The translations under genes and the position numbers were made by a program. A DNA stretch of 64,000 nt from Nannocystales bacterium (GTDB taxonomy: Bacteria; Myxococcota_A; Polyangia; Nannocystales; Nannocystaceae), in assembly GCA_050633305.1 (NCBI GenBank), contig JBOEGF010000008.1, positions 128,001 through 192,000 on the forward strand. The letters run 5' to 3'. Below the pieces are notes generated by a model. That model was given only the letters and a program-made list of their open reading frames with translations. It was not told the DNA's origin and searched no databases. Positions within the stretch are counted from its first letter, which is position 1; each line of letters starts with the position of its first letter. Positions 1 to 10,462 of the stretch are shown one piece after another.

Positions 1-139
1 ACGCGTCACCGTGGGTTGCATCTTAGGCCACATCGCGCGGCTCGGCGTGCGGCCCGAGCGGTAACAGTGTGTAACGTTGCGAAACACCCACTGACTCCCG
101 TGGCCGGACGCGCGCATCCTTGGAAGGAGGCGAAACGAC

Positions 140-805
140 GTGCAACCACCATCACACGGCTTGATTCCGAGCTTGATGAAGCTCCCCATCTTCGAAGCAG
201 AGTGGGTCTTGTGGCTCCTCATCGGCCTCTCGCTTCTCTCGGTCGGCGTCATGGCTGAGCGGCTCCTGTTCTTCCGCCGACATGCCATCGACGTCGAGTC
301 CGTGCGGAAGAAGTTCTCCAACCTGCTCGACGCTGGCGACATGCGAGGTGCCGCGACCCTCCTCGAGGGCTACGACAGCCTTGAGACGAACGTCGTCCTG
401 TTTGGCCTTCGAGACTACGCCCGGGGCCCAGAGGCCGTCGGAGACCTTCTGCAGGCAGCGGCTCGGAAAGAACGCGCACGCTACGAACGCCGATTGCCGC
501 TGTTGGCAACGATTGCGAGCAACGCTCCGTTTGTCGGCCTGTTTGGGACGGTGCTTGGGATCATCCGAGCCTTCAACGACCTCTCCACGAACATGGCCGA
601 CGCCAGTGGGGCAGTCATGGGGGGCATCGCGGAAGCCTTGCTCGCCACCGCGGTCGGGCTGCTCGTCGCCATCCCGGCCGTCGTCGCCTTCAACATGTTG
701 AAGACACGCGTGAAGGCCATCACCAACGACGGCAACCTCATGGCCGCGAGCCTCCTCGCACACCTCAAGGCTCCCAACCCGAACCTCGACCCCGAGGGGG
801 AGTAG
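140..805 (+). CDS. exbB: MotA/TolQ/ExbB proton channel protein
   Basis: AGGAGG RBS before GTG; motifs APFVGLFGTVLGIIRAF and GIAEALLATAVGLLVAIPA. Confidence 0.92.
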   Translation: MQPPSHGLIPSLMKLPIFEAEWVLWLLIGLSLLSVGVMAERLLFFRRHAIDVESVRKKFSNLLDAGDMRGAATLLEGYDSLETNVVLFGLRDYARGPEAVGDLLQAAARKERARYERRLPLLATIASNAPFVGLFGTVLGIIRAFNDLSTNMADASGAVMGGIAEALLATAVGLLVAIPAVVAFNMLKTRVKAITNDGNLMAASLLAHLKAPNPNLDPEGE

Positions 806-810
806 TCCCC

Positions 811-1221
811 GTGGCGTCCAACGTCTTTGAAGACGATGGAGATGTGATCGCGGAGATCAACGTCGTCCCCTTCGTCGACATCGTCCTGGTGCTGCTGATC
901 GTCTTCATGCTCACCTCGTCGCTCATCGCCCGCGCCAGCATCAGCGTTGAGCTTCCACGGGCCACGAGTACGGGGGAAGCCGCCAACAGCACCCTCAACA
1001 TCTCCCTCGACGCGGACAATCGGCTCTCCCTCAACGGTGACCTCGTCGACCTCGACACGCTCGGGTCTTCTGTGGCGAGAGCATCCTGGGAGGACGAGAA
1101 CGTCCAGGCTGTCATCTCCGCGGACCGCCGCGTGGACTACGGCAGTGTCATCCGAGTCATCGACGTCGTGCGCACCAACGGGGTGAAAACCTTCGCCCTC
1201 AACATCGAACGCGACGCCTAG
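811..1221 (+). CDS. exbD: ExbD/TolR biopolymer transport protein
   Basis: EINVVPFVDIVLVLLIVFM and ADRRVDYGSVIRVID motifs; follows exbB. Confidence 0.92.
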   Translation: MASNVFEDDGDVIAEINVVPFVDIVLVLLIVFMLTSSLIARASISVELPRATSTGEAANSTLNISLDADNRLSLNGDLVDLDTLGSSVARASWEDENVQAVISADRRVDYGSVIRVIDVVRTNGVKTFALNIERDA

Positions 1222-1243
1222 CGGGCAACGGAGCGCCGAGGAC

Positions 1244-2287
1244 GTGTCGAACAACTCCCCCCTGCCTGGTGTGCATGACCCTCGGGCGTACGCACGAGCC
1301 CGAGCCCGGACGCGCGCGAGCAACAGGGAGCGGATCCACAACCGCGTCGTTCACCCCATCGATGTTCCACGACTTCTGCGCGACCCCCTTGTCCGCTACA
1401 CCTCCCCCCTTCGTTCCACGGTCGCGGTCACGAGGCTCGTCATTCTCGCGGTCATCGCCCACGGGCTCACGATCCTCTTCTTCGCGGTCCTCGGCGCGGC
1501 CTTGGGGAACGACAGGTTCCAGCCCAAGAACGAACGGGTGCAGTTCGAGATTCACGACGCCCCGGATGCTCGCTCGCCCCTGATGACCGCCGCCATGGAT
1601 GATGGAGCTCCGAGCGCGCCGCCTCCCTCGCCACCCGAACCTGTGCCCGTCGAGACTCCACCACCTCCACCACCAGACCCTCCACGGCCAAGAAAGCCGC
1701 GGCGGACGCGTCGGCCCGCCCAAACCCCAACCCAAACCCAAACCTCCGTGGACGAGCCAGCCCCGCCCGAGTCCGAAAGCCCCGCTGCACCGCCGCGAAA
1801 GATCGGTGGGCTGGGTAAGGGATCCACGGCCAAGCGCGCCGACGGACCCGCATTCCCGACCGGCGATCCGTCGGGCTCCCCAGAGGGAACGAGTCCTGTT
1901 CACGGACCGGATGCGGCCGCGCACAGGTCGGATCGAAGCGCGGCGGGCTCAGCACCGCACGGCGAAGACAGCAACCAGCGGCCAGCCACCCGCATCCCGA
2001 CTCGCGACAAGGTGTTCCTCAAGCCCAAACGGCTCACCCCGAGCAAGCCCACCTACCCGCCCTCGCTTCGAGCCCAGGGTATCGAAGGCGAAGTGCAGGT
2101 CCGCGTGTTGATCGGGCCCGCGGGCGACGTCAGACGGGTCGACATCGCCAGAAGCTCCGGCCACGCCGCGTTCGACAACACGGCCAAGAAAGCCGCGCTC
2201 GCCGAGAAGTTCTCCCCGGCCAAACGGGACGGCGAGGCCGTCGAAACCAGCATCTCGTACACCTATCACTTTCGGATCGACGACTAG
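1244..2287 (+). CDS. tonB: Energy transducer TonB
   Basis: TM helix with His, Pro-rich linker, C-terminal TonB_C (YPPSLRAQGIEGEVQV...SSGHAAFD). Confidence 0.88.
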   Translation: MSNNSPLPGVHDPRAYARARARTRASNRERIHNRVVHPIDVPRLLRDPLVRYTSPLRSTVAVTRLVILAVIAHGLTILFFAVLGAALGNDRFQPKNERVQFEIHDAPDARSPLMTAAMDDGAPSAPPPSPPEPVPVETPPPPPPDPPRPRKPRRTRRPAQTPTQTQTSVDEPAPPESESPAAPPRKIGGLGKGSTAKRADGPAFPTGDPSGSPEGTSPVHGPDAAAHRSDRSAAGSAPHGEDSNQRPATRIPTRDKVFLKPKRLTPSKPTYPPSLRAQGIEGEVQVRVLIGPAGDVRRVDIARSSGHAAFDNTAKKAALAEKFSPAKRDGEAVETSISYTYHFRIDD

Positions 2288-3316
2288 ATGGCACCGGCAC
2301 CACAACCCCCTCGTTCACGGCGGCCCCGCAGCGCGTCAGTCCTCCCGCTCGTGGTCACCGTAGCGCTTGGCTGTCAACTCAAGCTCGAACCCGAAGACAG
2401 TCTGCAACAACTCGGCCCTCGCGCTCGTGTTCTCGCGATCCAGTCTGACCCTCCCGACCTCGTGCTCGGGGAGGCGGCCCAAGTGCGCGCGCTGGTCCAC
2501 CGACCGGTCGAGGGCCGTTGCGACCCCTCCGACATCATCGAGTACAGCTGGTCGTGGTGTCCTCTGCGCGACGGTGATGGGTTGGAGTGCGCCATCGATG
2601 AGGACACCGCCCGCGACGTTTGGGCGGCGGAAGGTGGCAACACGGAGTTCCTCGCCTACGACCTCGGCAGCGACCCCGAACCGTTCGTCGAGCACCTCAT
2701 CTCCGAGTCGGTCGGCGAAGCCCTGTGCCGGGCGCACGCGGGCTCCGATGGGACAGCAATGGCCCAATGTTTGGAGAGGGTTGGGGTCAGCGTCCGCCTC
2801 ACGGTCCGCGACTGTGGCGACGAGGACACCGCGATCTGGTCCCTCCCGTTGACCGACGCCGCCTCCAACCGCAACTCGAATCCCGACCCAAGCGGTACAC
2901 TGTCCTTCCGAGTTGCTGGGGGCAGCGATGCCCTCGGTGACGGGGAGGCCCTCCTCCGCGGCGAGAACTACGTTGCCACGGCCGAGTTCGACATCCCGAT
3001 CGAATGCTCCGCCAGCGGGGACGAAGACCCATGCCAAGCGGAACTGGTCTCCGAAGATGAGGACCCGCGCCGCGAAGAACTGACCACGACGTGGTTCTTC
3101 ACCCACGGCTCGCCCTTTCTGGAGGACGTCACCCAAGGCGCCGCCGGGCTGAGCACCTCGGTCAACGGCGCCGCGCTTCCAGACCCCCGCGAGAGCTACG
3201 TGGTGCTCGAGAACGAGGACCACGTTGGTGCCGCCCGGGCCTACCTCCTCGTCCGTGACGAGCGCGGCGGCGTGGGATGGGCGACCCACGACTACCGCGT
3301 GGTCGACCCCCTCTAG
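2288..3316 (+). CDS. Hypothetical lipoprotein associated with the TonB-dependent receptor
   Basis: Lipobox VALGC; RVLAIQSDPP, YSWSWCP and VRDERGGVGW segments; directly abuts tonB. Confidence 0.75.
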   Translation: MAPAPQPPRSRRPRSASVLPLVVTVALGCQLKLEPEDSLQQLGPRARVLAIQSDPPDLVLGEAAQVRALVHRPVEGRCDPSDIIEYSWSWCPLRDGDGLECAIDEDTARDVWAAEGGNTEFLAYDLGSDPEPFVEHLISESVGEALCRAHAGSDGTAMAQCLERVGVSVRLTVRDCGDEDTAIWSLPLTDAASNRNSNPDPSGTLSFRVAGGSDALGDGEALLRGENYVATAEFDIPIECSASGDEDPCQAELVSEDEDPRREELTTTWFFTHGSPFLEDVTQGAAGLSTSVNGAALPDPRESYVVLENEDHVGAARAYLLVRDERGGVGWATHDYRVVDPL

Positions 3317-3323
3317 GAGCATC

Positions 3324-6014
3324 ATGAACCGCTCCGCTGAACCACGGTTTCTCCGGCTGTGCCTGTGCTTGGCCGCCTTCCTATCCGCCGGTATGCCAGC
3401 GCATGCGGCTGCTCGAGAGCCCTCCGCGGCGCAGACCGATGAGGCGGCTGCTGACGATGGTCTCATCCCTCCGGCGCTTCTCGAAGACGCACAGCCTGTG
3501 TACCCCCGACGTGCGCAAGACGAAGGCGTGGTCGCCGTCGTGGTTGTCGAGCTCGAGCTCGACGAGACCGGCCGAGTTCAGGCCGTGTCCGTGAACAAAC
3601 CCGCCGAGGCCGCGGGGTATGGCTTCGATGAAGCCGCGGTCGCGGCTGCGAAGAATCTCGTGTTCGCACCCGCGCGTTTCAACGGCGAGCCCACGGCCGT
3701 GCGTCTGGACTATAGGTTTCGATTCGAGCTTCCCGAAGAAGCCGAATCCGCCGCACCTGCACAGGACGAAGGCAGCCCGGCGCCGATGGAGGAGACCCCC
3801 GCCGGGCTCTCCGAGCTTGCCGGACGTCTCCTCGAGCGGGGCACCCGTCTCCCTCTCGCAGGCGTCAGCGTCACGGTCTTTCGAGGACATGGCGACGACG
3901 CGATTGGATTCGAGACACAGACGGACGCCCGCGGTGAATTCGAGTTCAAGAACCTTCCGCAGGGACAATGGCGAGTTCTCGCGGACCCCGACGGGTACTA
4001 CCCCGTGCGCGAGACCGAAGCGCTCTCCACCAAGCAACGCACAAGCGTCCGGTACTACATCGAAAAACAAACCTACAACGCCTACGACGTCGTCGTTGAC
4101 GCGCAACGCGTGCGCCGCGAGGTCAGCAGCAGCACCATCTCTGCGGAACGCGCGGCGCGGATTCCCGGGACGTTCGGCGATGTACTTGGCGTTGTTCCGA
4201 CGTTTCCCGGCGTCTCGCGCACGCCCGCGAACAGCCTGGTCATTCGAGGGGCCGCCCCGGAAGACTCCAGCGTCCTGCTCAACGGGTCTGGCGTGCCCGT
4301 CCTGCACCACTTTGGTGGGTTGCGCAGCATCATGCCCTCGGGGATGGTGGAGAGCGTCCGATACTATCCCGGGAACTTCTCTGTCGAGTATGGGCGTTTG
4401 ATCGGCGGCGTCGTCGACGTGGAGATCAAGCAGCTCGCCCCCAAGAAGGTCGGTGGCTATGCAGACCTCAACATCTTCGATGCGGGAGCGTACGTCGAAG
4501 CTCCTCTCGGCAAGCGAGTTGCGATCGCGGCCTCGGCCCGTCGCAGCTACATCGACGCGTTGCTGGGTGCAGGCGGAGACAGCAAGGCCGTGCAACCGCG
4601 CTATTTCGATGTGCACACGCTGCTCAGCTACCGCCCCGGCACTGCGCACCACATTCAGACCCTATGGCTGTTCTCGAGCGACCGTCGGTCTCTGCTCTCG
4701 GAGACTCGCCCGGACACGCCCGAGGACCTCGAAACGATCCGGTTCCTGCGGGGGACGGCCGAGTACCACTACATCCCCAACGACAAGCTCGACAACGAGC
4801 TGAAGGTGACTTTTGGTCGCGACCGCGAGAACAGCGAGCTCAACGTGAGCTTCGACGAAACCGACCCCTTTAACCGAACAACCCGCTATCAGGTCCAGCT
4901 TCGCGAGGCGCTTCGCTACCGAGTCGTCGACGCGTTCGCGTTTCGGGTCGGGCTCGATGTCCTATTCCAGCACATCAACCGATCCGTCCGCCAGCCGCCC
5001 GCGATCGCCGAGGGACAGGGTCTCCCCACGGATCCCTCTGCCGGAGACGTCGAGACCGATGTAGAAGTCATCCAGCCCGTGACCACGCGGTCCTCGGGGG
5101 CGACGTACGCACCGGCAGGTTTTCTCGAACTCGAGGCGCGTCCGCACTCGAGCCTGCTCCTCGTCCCGGGCATCCGTGTCGAGTATTTCTCGCGGACGGA
5201 CAAAGTGGGCGCCTCCCCGCGGCTGACCGCGCGGCAGGGCCTGGGTGAACGCTGGGCCCTCGTGGGCGGTGTTGGGTTGTTCGTGCAAGAGCCAACCTTC
5301 GACGAAACAGACCGCTCGCTCGGCAATCCCCAGCTCGGCCTAGAGAAGGCGATCCACTACACCGTGGGCGCCACCTACGAGCCGCGACCCCACCTACGGT
5401 TCGGTGTCACGGGCTTCTACAAGACCATGTACGACCTGGTCAGCATCGTCACCGACGAGGAGGTCCCCGACGGCCAAGCACCCACCCTCACCAACGGCGG
5501 CAGCGGGCGCGCGATGGGTGTCGAATTCACAGCCTTACACGAGTTCTCCCACAATTTCTACGGCCAGGCCTCGTACACGCTCTCGCGCGCCGAGCGAACC
5601 GACGAGGGCGCCCGAACACGACGAAGGTTCGACTACGACCAACCCCACATCGTCACGTTGGTGGGCTCGTATCGCCTCCCGCGGAACTGGGAGGTCGGCC
5701 TTCGGTTTCGATACACCTCTGGCAACCTCTTCACGCCCCTGACCAGCGCGTACTACGACATCGAGACGCAAGAGTACCGCGCGGTCCCCGGCGCTCCGAA
5801 CACTGCGAGACACCCGGGGTTTCATCAACTCGACCTTCGGCTCGACAAGCGTTGGGTGTTCAAGCGCTGGATGCTCAACGCGTACCTCGACATCCAGAAC
5901 ACCTACAACCATCGGGAGAAGGCGTACGCGTACAGCCCCGACTATCGGACGCGGCGGGCAGCTGAGATCGGGCTCCCGATCCTGCCGATCATCGGATTGA
6001 GAGGCGAGTACTGA
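3324..6014 (+). CDS. TonB-dependent receptor with N-terminal TonB_C and carboxypeptidase-regulatory-like domains
   Basis: AGGAG then ATG 3324; signal peptide; YPRRAQDEGV TonB_C; plug (IRGAAPEDS, YPGNFSVEYG); barrel ending LRGEY. Confidence 0.88.
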   Translation: MNRSAEPRFLRLCLCLAAFLSAGMPAHAAAREPSAAQTDEAAADDGLIPPALLEDAQPVYPRRAQDEGVVAVVVVELELDETGRVQAVSVNKPAEAAGYGFDEAAVAAAKNLVFAPARFNGEPTAVRLDYRFRFELPEEAESAAPAQDEGSPAPMEETPAGLSELAGRLLERGTRLPLAGVSVTVFRGHGDDAIGFETQTDARGEFEFKNLPQGQWRVLADPDGYYPVRETEALSTKQRTSVRYYIEKQTYNAYDVVVDAQRVRREVSSSTISAERAARIPGTFGDVLGVVPTFPGVSRTPANSLVIRGAAPEDSSVLLNGSGVPVLHHFGGLRSIMPSGMVESVRYYPGNFSVEYGRLIGGVVDVEIKQLAPKKVGGYADLNIFDAGAYVEAPLGKRVAIAASARRSYIDALLGAGGDSKAVQPRYFDVHTLLSYRPGTAHHIQTLWLFSSDRRSLLSETRPDTPEDLETIRFLRGTAEYHYIPNDKLDNELKVTFGRDRENSELNVSFDETDPFNRTTRYQVQLREALRYRVVDAFAFRVGLDVLFQHINRSVRQPPAIAEGQGLPTDPSAGDVETDVEVIQPVTTRSSGATYAPAGFLELEARPHSSLLLVPGIRVEYFSRTDKVGASPRLTARQGLGERWALVGGVGLFVQEPTFDETDRSLGNPQLGLEKAIHYTVGATYEPRPHLRFGVTGFYKTMYDLVSIVTDEEVPDGQAPTLTNGGSGRAMGVEFTALHEFSHNFYGQASYTLSRAERTDEGARTRRRFDYDQPHIVTLVGSYRLPRNWEVGLRFRYTSGNLFTPLTSAYYDIETQEYRAVPGAPNTARHPGFHQLDLRLDKRWVFKRWMLNAYLDIQNTYNHREKAYAYSPDYRTRRAAEIGLPILPIIGLRGEY

Positions 6015-6655
6015 TGTCCGTTTTGCAACCCCTCCACATCGCTCTGGTCGCCGCCAGCCTGCTCGCCCCTGCCGAATCCCCAACAGGACCGGAACAGGCC
6101 CAGGTCCCGCCCGCGCCCGCTCCACACCAAGGGCACTTCGTCTCCGTCGGCCTCCACTACGGTGGTTTGCGCGCACGAGATACCCATCGCGACGGGTGGC
6201 GTCCGCTCTCCCACGGCCCCTTGCTCTCGATCCGAGCCGGGGAAGCGATCACGTCTTGGCTGGACCTCGGCGTCGACCTCGGGCTCGGTCTCGGCGTCGG
6301 CCCCGACTCGCTCCGACTCGGCCGCGTCACCGCGCACGCCCGCTGGTATCCCTTCGAGCACTGGTTCCTTCATACGGGGCTCGGGCTTGGTGCTTCGGGC
6401 GGGCCGGACCCGGACTACGACGGGTTTGACCGTGGACGTTTTGGCGAGCTGTACGTCGTGGGTCTCGGCACCAACCGCTACGTCACCCGCAGCACCCGCA
6501 GCGGAGGCTTCGCGCTCAGCCCCGTGCTTCAGGCTCAAGTCGGCCCCGACCCTGCCTTCACCACGATGGCGTTGTGGATCGGACTCGAGTTCACGTGGTG
6601 GTCGGGGCTGTCCCGCAACAAGCTCCGACTGCCACCGGAACGCGCCTACCGGTGA
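6014..6655 (+). CDS. Hypothetical exported protein, probable small outer-membrane beta-barrel
   Basis: TGATG overlap with the receptor; signal peptide; alternating Gly/hydrophobic strands. Confidence 0.6.
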   Translation: MSVLQPLHIALVAASLLAPAESPTGPEQAQVPPAPAPHQGHFVSVGLHYGGLRARDTHRDGWRPLSHGPLLSIRAGEAITSWLDLGVDLGLGLGVGPDSLRLGRVTAHARWYPFEHWFLHTGLGLGASGGPDPDYDGFDRGRFGELYVVGLGTNRYVTRSTRSGGFALSPVLQAQVGPDPAFTTMALWIGLEFTWWSGLSRNKLRLPPERAYR

Positions 6656-6749
6656 TGCGGCGATTGCAACAGATCGTATCGGTACGCAACAAGCACTGAA
6701 TCGACCGAAGGCCCGCGGCACGCTGATGTCAGGAGACACACCCGACATC

Positions 6750-8312
6750 ATGCATACGCGAACCTACCGACTGCTTGTCCTATCCCTTTCGATCCTCAGC
6801 ACCTCCGCTTGTACGGTCGACCACAACACCCCCCAGGCGGACACCGACTCGGACTCGAGCTCAGGCTCGAGTTCGAGTACGACCAGCAACGGCGACACAG
6901 GATCGGCAGAGGGCGACTCCACCGGCCCCGGCGAAACAGACGGCGGCGCAGCTCCGTTAGAGGAGGTCTTCGCGGACGCCGTGGCCGACGGGTTCTCGGG
7001 AGTCGCCCTGGTTCGCCACGAGGGGGAGATCGTCTTTCACGACGCGTCCGGGTTCGCATCCCGAGCCGACGAGGTTCCCAACACCCCCCAGACCCCGATC
7101 GTGATCGGGTCGATCACCAAGCAGTTCACGGGCGCAGCGGTCCTCCGATTCCGTGAGCAAGGAAGCCTCGAGCTCGACGCAACGCTAGGCGACTACCTGA
7201 CGGGGGTCCCGGCCGACAAAGCCGACATCACGCTCCACCAGTTGCTGACCCACACCGCCGGCGTCACCGGTTCCCTCGGCCCCGACGACGAAGAGGTTGG
7301 CAAGGATGAGTACCTGCAGCGCTTCTTCGACTCTGCGCTGGAGTCAGAACCGGGGACGTTCCACAACTACTCCAACGTGGGCTACAGCGTCCTGGCGGCC
7401 GTGCTCGAAGAGGTCTCGGGGAAGGGCTACCAGCAGATCCTCCACGACGAATTCTTCGAGCCTCTCGGGATGGACCACACGGGGCACTTGCTTCCGTCGT
7501 GGGATGGGCCGCTCCCCGCTATCGGCTACCTTGAGGACATGGCCGACGACCCTCTCGCTCGTCCCCATGACGCGCTCGGCTACTACTGGAATCTCCGGGG
7601 CAACGGCGGGCTGATCTCCACAGCGGAGGACTTGCTCCTGTGGGACGACGCTTTGAGTTCCCCCGGCATGGCCTTCGACGAGGAGTCTCTCGAACTCCTC
7701 ACCACGCCCCATGTCAGTGAAGGGACTGGAGCGCCGACGTTCTACGCATATGGATGGGTCATCGAGGAGACCCCGATCGGCTCTCTGGTGTGGCACGACG
7801 GCGGCAACGGCTTCTTCTACGGACACTTCTACCGGTACGTGGACGCGGACCTGCAAGTCGTCGTTCTTGCCAACGAGACGACTGACGCGGCGGACACGTT
7901 GACGCGCCAGCTCGCACAAGCCGTTCGTCCCGAGCTGACGCCCGAGACTTGGGAACTGCTCTTCCTGCAAGAAGGCGAACTCATGGACACGACCGACACG
8001 ATCGCGTTCGAAACCGACGTGCTCGAGGGCGAGACGCACGCGGTCGCGGTGTCTCTGTTCCTGACCGAAGGCGCGGGGCAATGGCAACTCCTCGACCCGC
8101 AGGGTGAAGCCGTCGAATCGGGCGTCGTCAGCCCAGATGCGCCGATCGATGGGCAGTTCATCGTCGAGGGAGATCCGGGAACGTGGCGACTCGAGCTAGA
8201 CGTCGACGGCGCCACCGGCGAGTTCCTGGCCGGCTGGGGCAGGCTGGTGGGCCAAGGCGCTCCCTGCCCAGAGGGTGCGCAGTGTGTGGAACTCCCCCCA
8301 CGAGCCCCTTAG
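6750..8312 (+). CDS. Serine hydrolase (beta-lactamase/S12 family) lipoprotein with C-terminal extension
   Basis: Lipobox STSAC; SxxK (GSITK), LLTHTAG, YSN and HDGG motifs; start may be 6726. Confidence 0.85.
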   Translation: MHTRTYRLLVLSLSILSTSACTVDHNTPQADTDSDSSSGSSSSTTSNGDTGSAEGDSTGPGETDGGAAPLEEVFADAVADGFSGVALVRHEGEIVFHDASGFASRADEVPNTPQTPIVIGSITKQFTGAAVLRFREQGSLELDATLGDYLTGVPADKADITLHQLLTHTAGVTGSLGPDDEEVGKDEYLQRFFDSALESEPGTFHNYSNVGYSVLAAVLEEVSGKGYQQILHDEFFEPLGMDHTGHLLPSWDGPLPAIGYLEDMADDPLARPHDALGYYWNLRGNGGLISTAEDLLLWDDALSSPGMAFDEESLELLTTPHVSEGTGAPTFYAYGWVIEETPIGSLVWHDGGNGFFYGHFYRYVDADLQVVVLANETTDAADTLTRQLAQAVRPELTPETWELLFLQEGELMDTTDTIAFETDVLEGETHAVAVSLFLTEGAGQWQLLDPQGEAVESGVVSPDAPIDGQFIVEGDPGTWRLELDVDGATGEFLAGWGRLVGQGAPCPEGAQCVELPPRAP

Positions 8313-8454
8313 CGGCATCCGTCCGCCCACGCCCCGGAGCCTGCGTGTCGTGGTGCTCTGAACTTCGCGCGCGTCGTGGGGCCGAGCTTGGCCTTCGGAG
8401 CGAAAAGTCCCCGCGACGCCTGGTCAGGCGCGAGCACGCTGGTACCCTGCGACC

Positions 8455-9084
8455 GTGAGTTCGGCGCTCCCCCTCAAGTGTCGTTGCGGCAAGGTCCGCG
8501 GCAGCGTGGAACCGGTCTCTCCGTCGGTCGGCCGACGGGTCGTCTGCATGTGCGTCGACTGCCAGACCTTCGCGCGCTGGCTCGGAAACGAAGCCGACAT
8601 CCTCGATGATGTCGGCGGAACCGACCTCTATCAGACGACGCCCGCGAGGGTTCGAATCACCGAGGGGCACGACCAGGTTCAGTGCGCACGCCTCTCCCCC
8701 AAGGGCACGCTCCGGTTCTTCGCGGGATGCTGCCGGACACCCATCGCCAACGCGGCGCCGGGGCCCAGCATCCCCTTTGCCAGCATCTTTGGCGCATTCT
8801 CCGACCACGACGCCGCGGGCGTGTCCCGCGACGACGCGCTCGGCCCGGTTAAGCTTCGAATCCAGGCCAAGGGCGCAACCGGTCCGGCTCCCGCGGGCTC
8901 CCACGACACGATCGGCAAGGGGACGTTGGCGGGGATGGCCGTGGGTCTGCTGTGGGACCGCGTCTGCGGCCAGCACCGGCCCAACCCGTTTCGCAACGAC
9001 GACGGCTCTCTCCCGCGCGAGCCCGAAGTGATTCCCAAAGAAGAGCGTGCGCGCCTACTCGCGCAGTGCGGCCCCCAGAGCTAG
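8455..9084 (+). CDS. DUF6151-like (GFA/CENP-V-related) Cys-rich protein
   Basis: CRCGKVRG, VVCMCVDCQ, GGTDLYQ and CCRTPIAN motifs. Confidence 0.75.
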   Translation: MSSALPLKCRCGKVRGSVEPVSPSVGRRVVCMCVDCQTFARWLGNEADILDDVGGTDLYQTTPARVRITEGHDQVQCARLSPKGTLRFFAGCCRTPIANAAPGPSIPFASIFGAFSDHDAAGVSRDDALGPVKLRIQAKGATGPAPAGSHDTIGKGTLAGMAVGLLWDRVCGQHRPNPFRNDDGSLPREPEVIPKEERARLLAQCGPQS

Positions 9085-9121
9085 CCGCGGCCCAAGCCGC
9101 GGGCCCTGTTATCGTCGTGCG

Positions 9122-10195
9122 GTGCGGATCTTGTACGGCGTCGTGGGTGAGGGCATGGGGCATGCAACACGCTCGAGCGTGGTGCTGGAACACCTCCATG
9201 CCGCGGGGCACGACGTCCAGGTCATGACCTCGGGTCGGGCCAAGGATTTCTTGGCCGCCCGCTTCGAAGGTGTCCACGGGATCCACGGACTGCACTTCGT
9301 CACCGAACAAAACCGGGTCCGCATGGGCAAGTCGCTGTGGTCGAACGTGATCGCAGGTGTCTCCGGAGTGCCCCAAAACGTCCAGGCCTACTTCGACCTG
9401 ATCCACGAGTTTCGGCCCGAGATCGTCGTGAGCGACTTCGAGTCTTGGACGTACATCTACGCCAAGGCCCACGGTCTTCCGGTGATCAGCGTCGACAACA
9501 TGCAGGTCATCAATCGGTGCCGGCATCCCAAGGAGATCACGGAGGGCTACGAGGCTAGTTTCGACCTCGCCAAGGCCTTCGTGAAGTCCAAGCTTCCCTT
9601 TGCCAACCACTACCTCGTGACTTCGTTCTTCCGTCCGCCACTTCGGAAGAAACGCACGAGCTTGCTCCCGCCCATCCTCCGCCCCAGCATCCTCGAAGCC
9701 TCGCGCAGCGTGGGCGAGCACCTGCTCGTGTATCAGACCGCCGAAGGCAACGAGACGCTCGCCCAGACCCTCCAGGACACCGGCCTCCCCTGCCGTGTGT
9801 ACGGGATGCATCGGGGTCTCGACGAGGAGCTCATCGAAGGCAACCTCGTGCACCGACCGTTCTCCGAGTCTGGCTTCATCGAAGACCTCGCGAGCGCCCG
9901 CGCCGTGGTTGCTGGGGGCGGGTTCACGGTCATGAGCGAGTGCGTGTACCTGCGCAAGCCGATGCTCTCGGTCCCAATCCGGGCGCAGTTTGAGCAGGTC
10001 CTCAATGCCCGTTGGCTGGAGCGCCTGGGCTACGGGCGCTTTGCCAAGAACCTCCACGACCCCGCGGTCGTTCATGACTTCCTCGACGCCGTCCCCGGGT
10101 GCGAGGAGAAGCTGGCGGACTACACCCAGGACGGAAACCGCGACCTGCTGGCGGCTCTGGATGAACAGCTCGACCGCGCGGCTGCGGGGGTCTGA
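9122..10195 (+). CDS. MJ1255/VC2487-family glycosyltransferase (GT-B fold)
   Basis: RILYGVVGEGMGHATRS N-terminus; VSDFE, GGFTVMSE and QFEQVLNA motifs. Confidence 0.85.
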   Translation: MRILYGVVGEGMGHATRSSVVLEHLHAAGHDVQVMTSGRAKDFLAARFEGVHGIHGLHFVTEQNRVRMGKSLWSNVIAGVSGVPQNVQAYFDLIHEFRPEIVVSDFESWTYIYAKAHGLPVISVDNMQVINRCRHPKEITEGYEASFDLAKAFVKSKLPFANHYLVTSFFRPPLRKKRTSLLPPILRPSILEASRSVGEHLLVYQTAEGNETLAQTLQDTGLPCRVYGMHRGLDEELIEGNLVHRPFSESGFIEDLASARAVVAGGGFTVMSECVYLRKPMLSVPIRAQFEQVLNARWLERLGYGRFAKNLHDPAVVHDFLDAVPGCEEKLADYTQDGNRDLLAALDEQLDRAAAGV

Positions 10196-10462
10196 GGTTG
10201 CACGGTGTCCCGTTTGTGCCCCGATGGGACACCGGCCGATCGGTCCGCGCGGCGCGCGGCTGCACGCTGGTCCCGCACCCGGTCCGCGAGATACGCGGCG
10301 TAGGCTCAAAGACGTCACATCGTAGTTCAGCCGCTCCCATGGGACTTCTCTGACGCGAAACGCCTGCGAGGTCTCCGCGGGATCCGCAGAAACGACCGTC
10401 GATCACGTCGCCGCGCGGCGCGTCGCTTGCCCCGGGGACCGATCCGTGGGACAGGGGCGCCC

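Noticed and set aside
6162..6725. N-terminal extension of the serine hydrolase ORF
   Set aside because: Overlaps gene 6014..6655; the lipoprotein signal starts at 6750.
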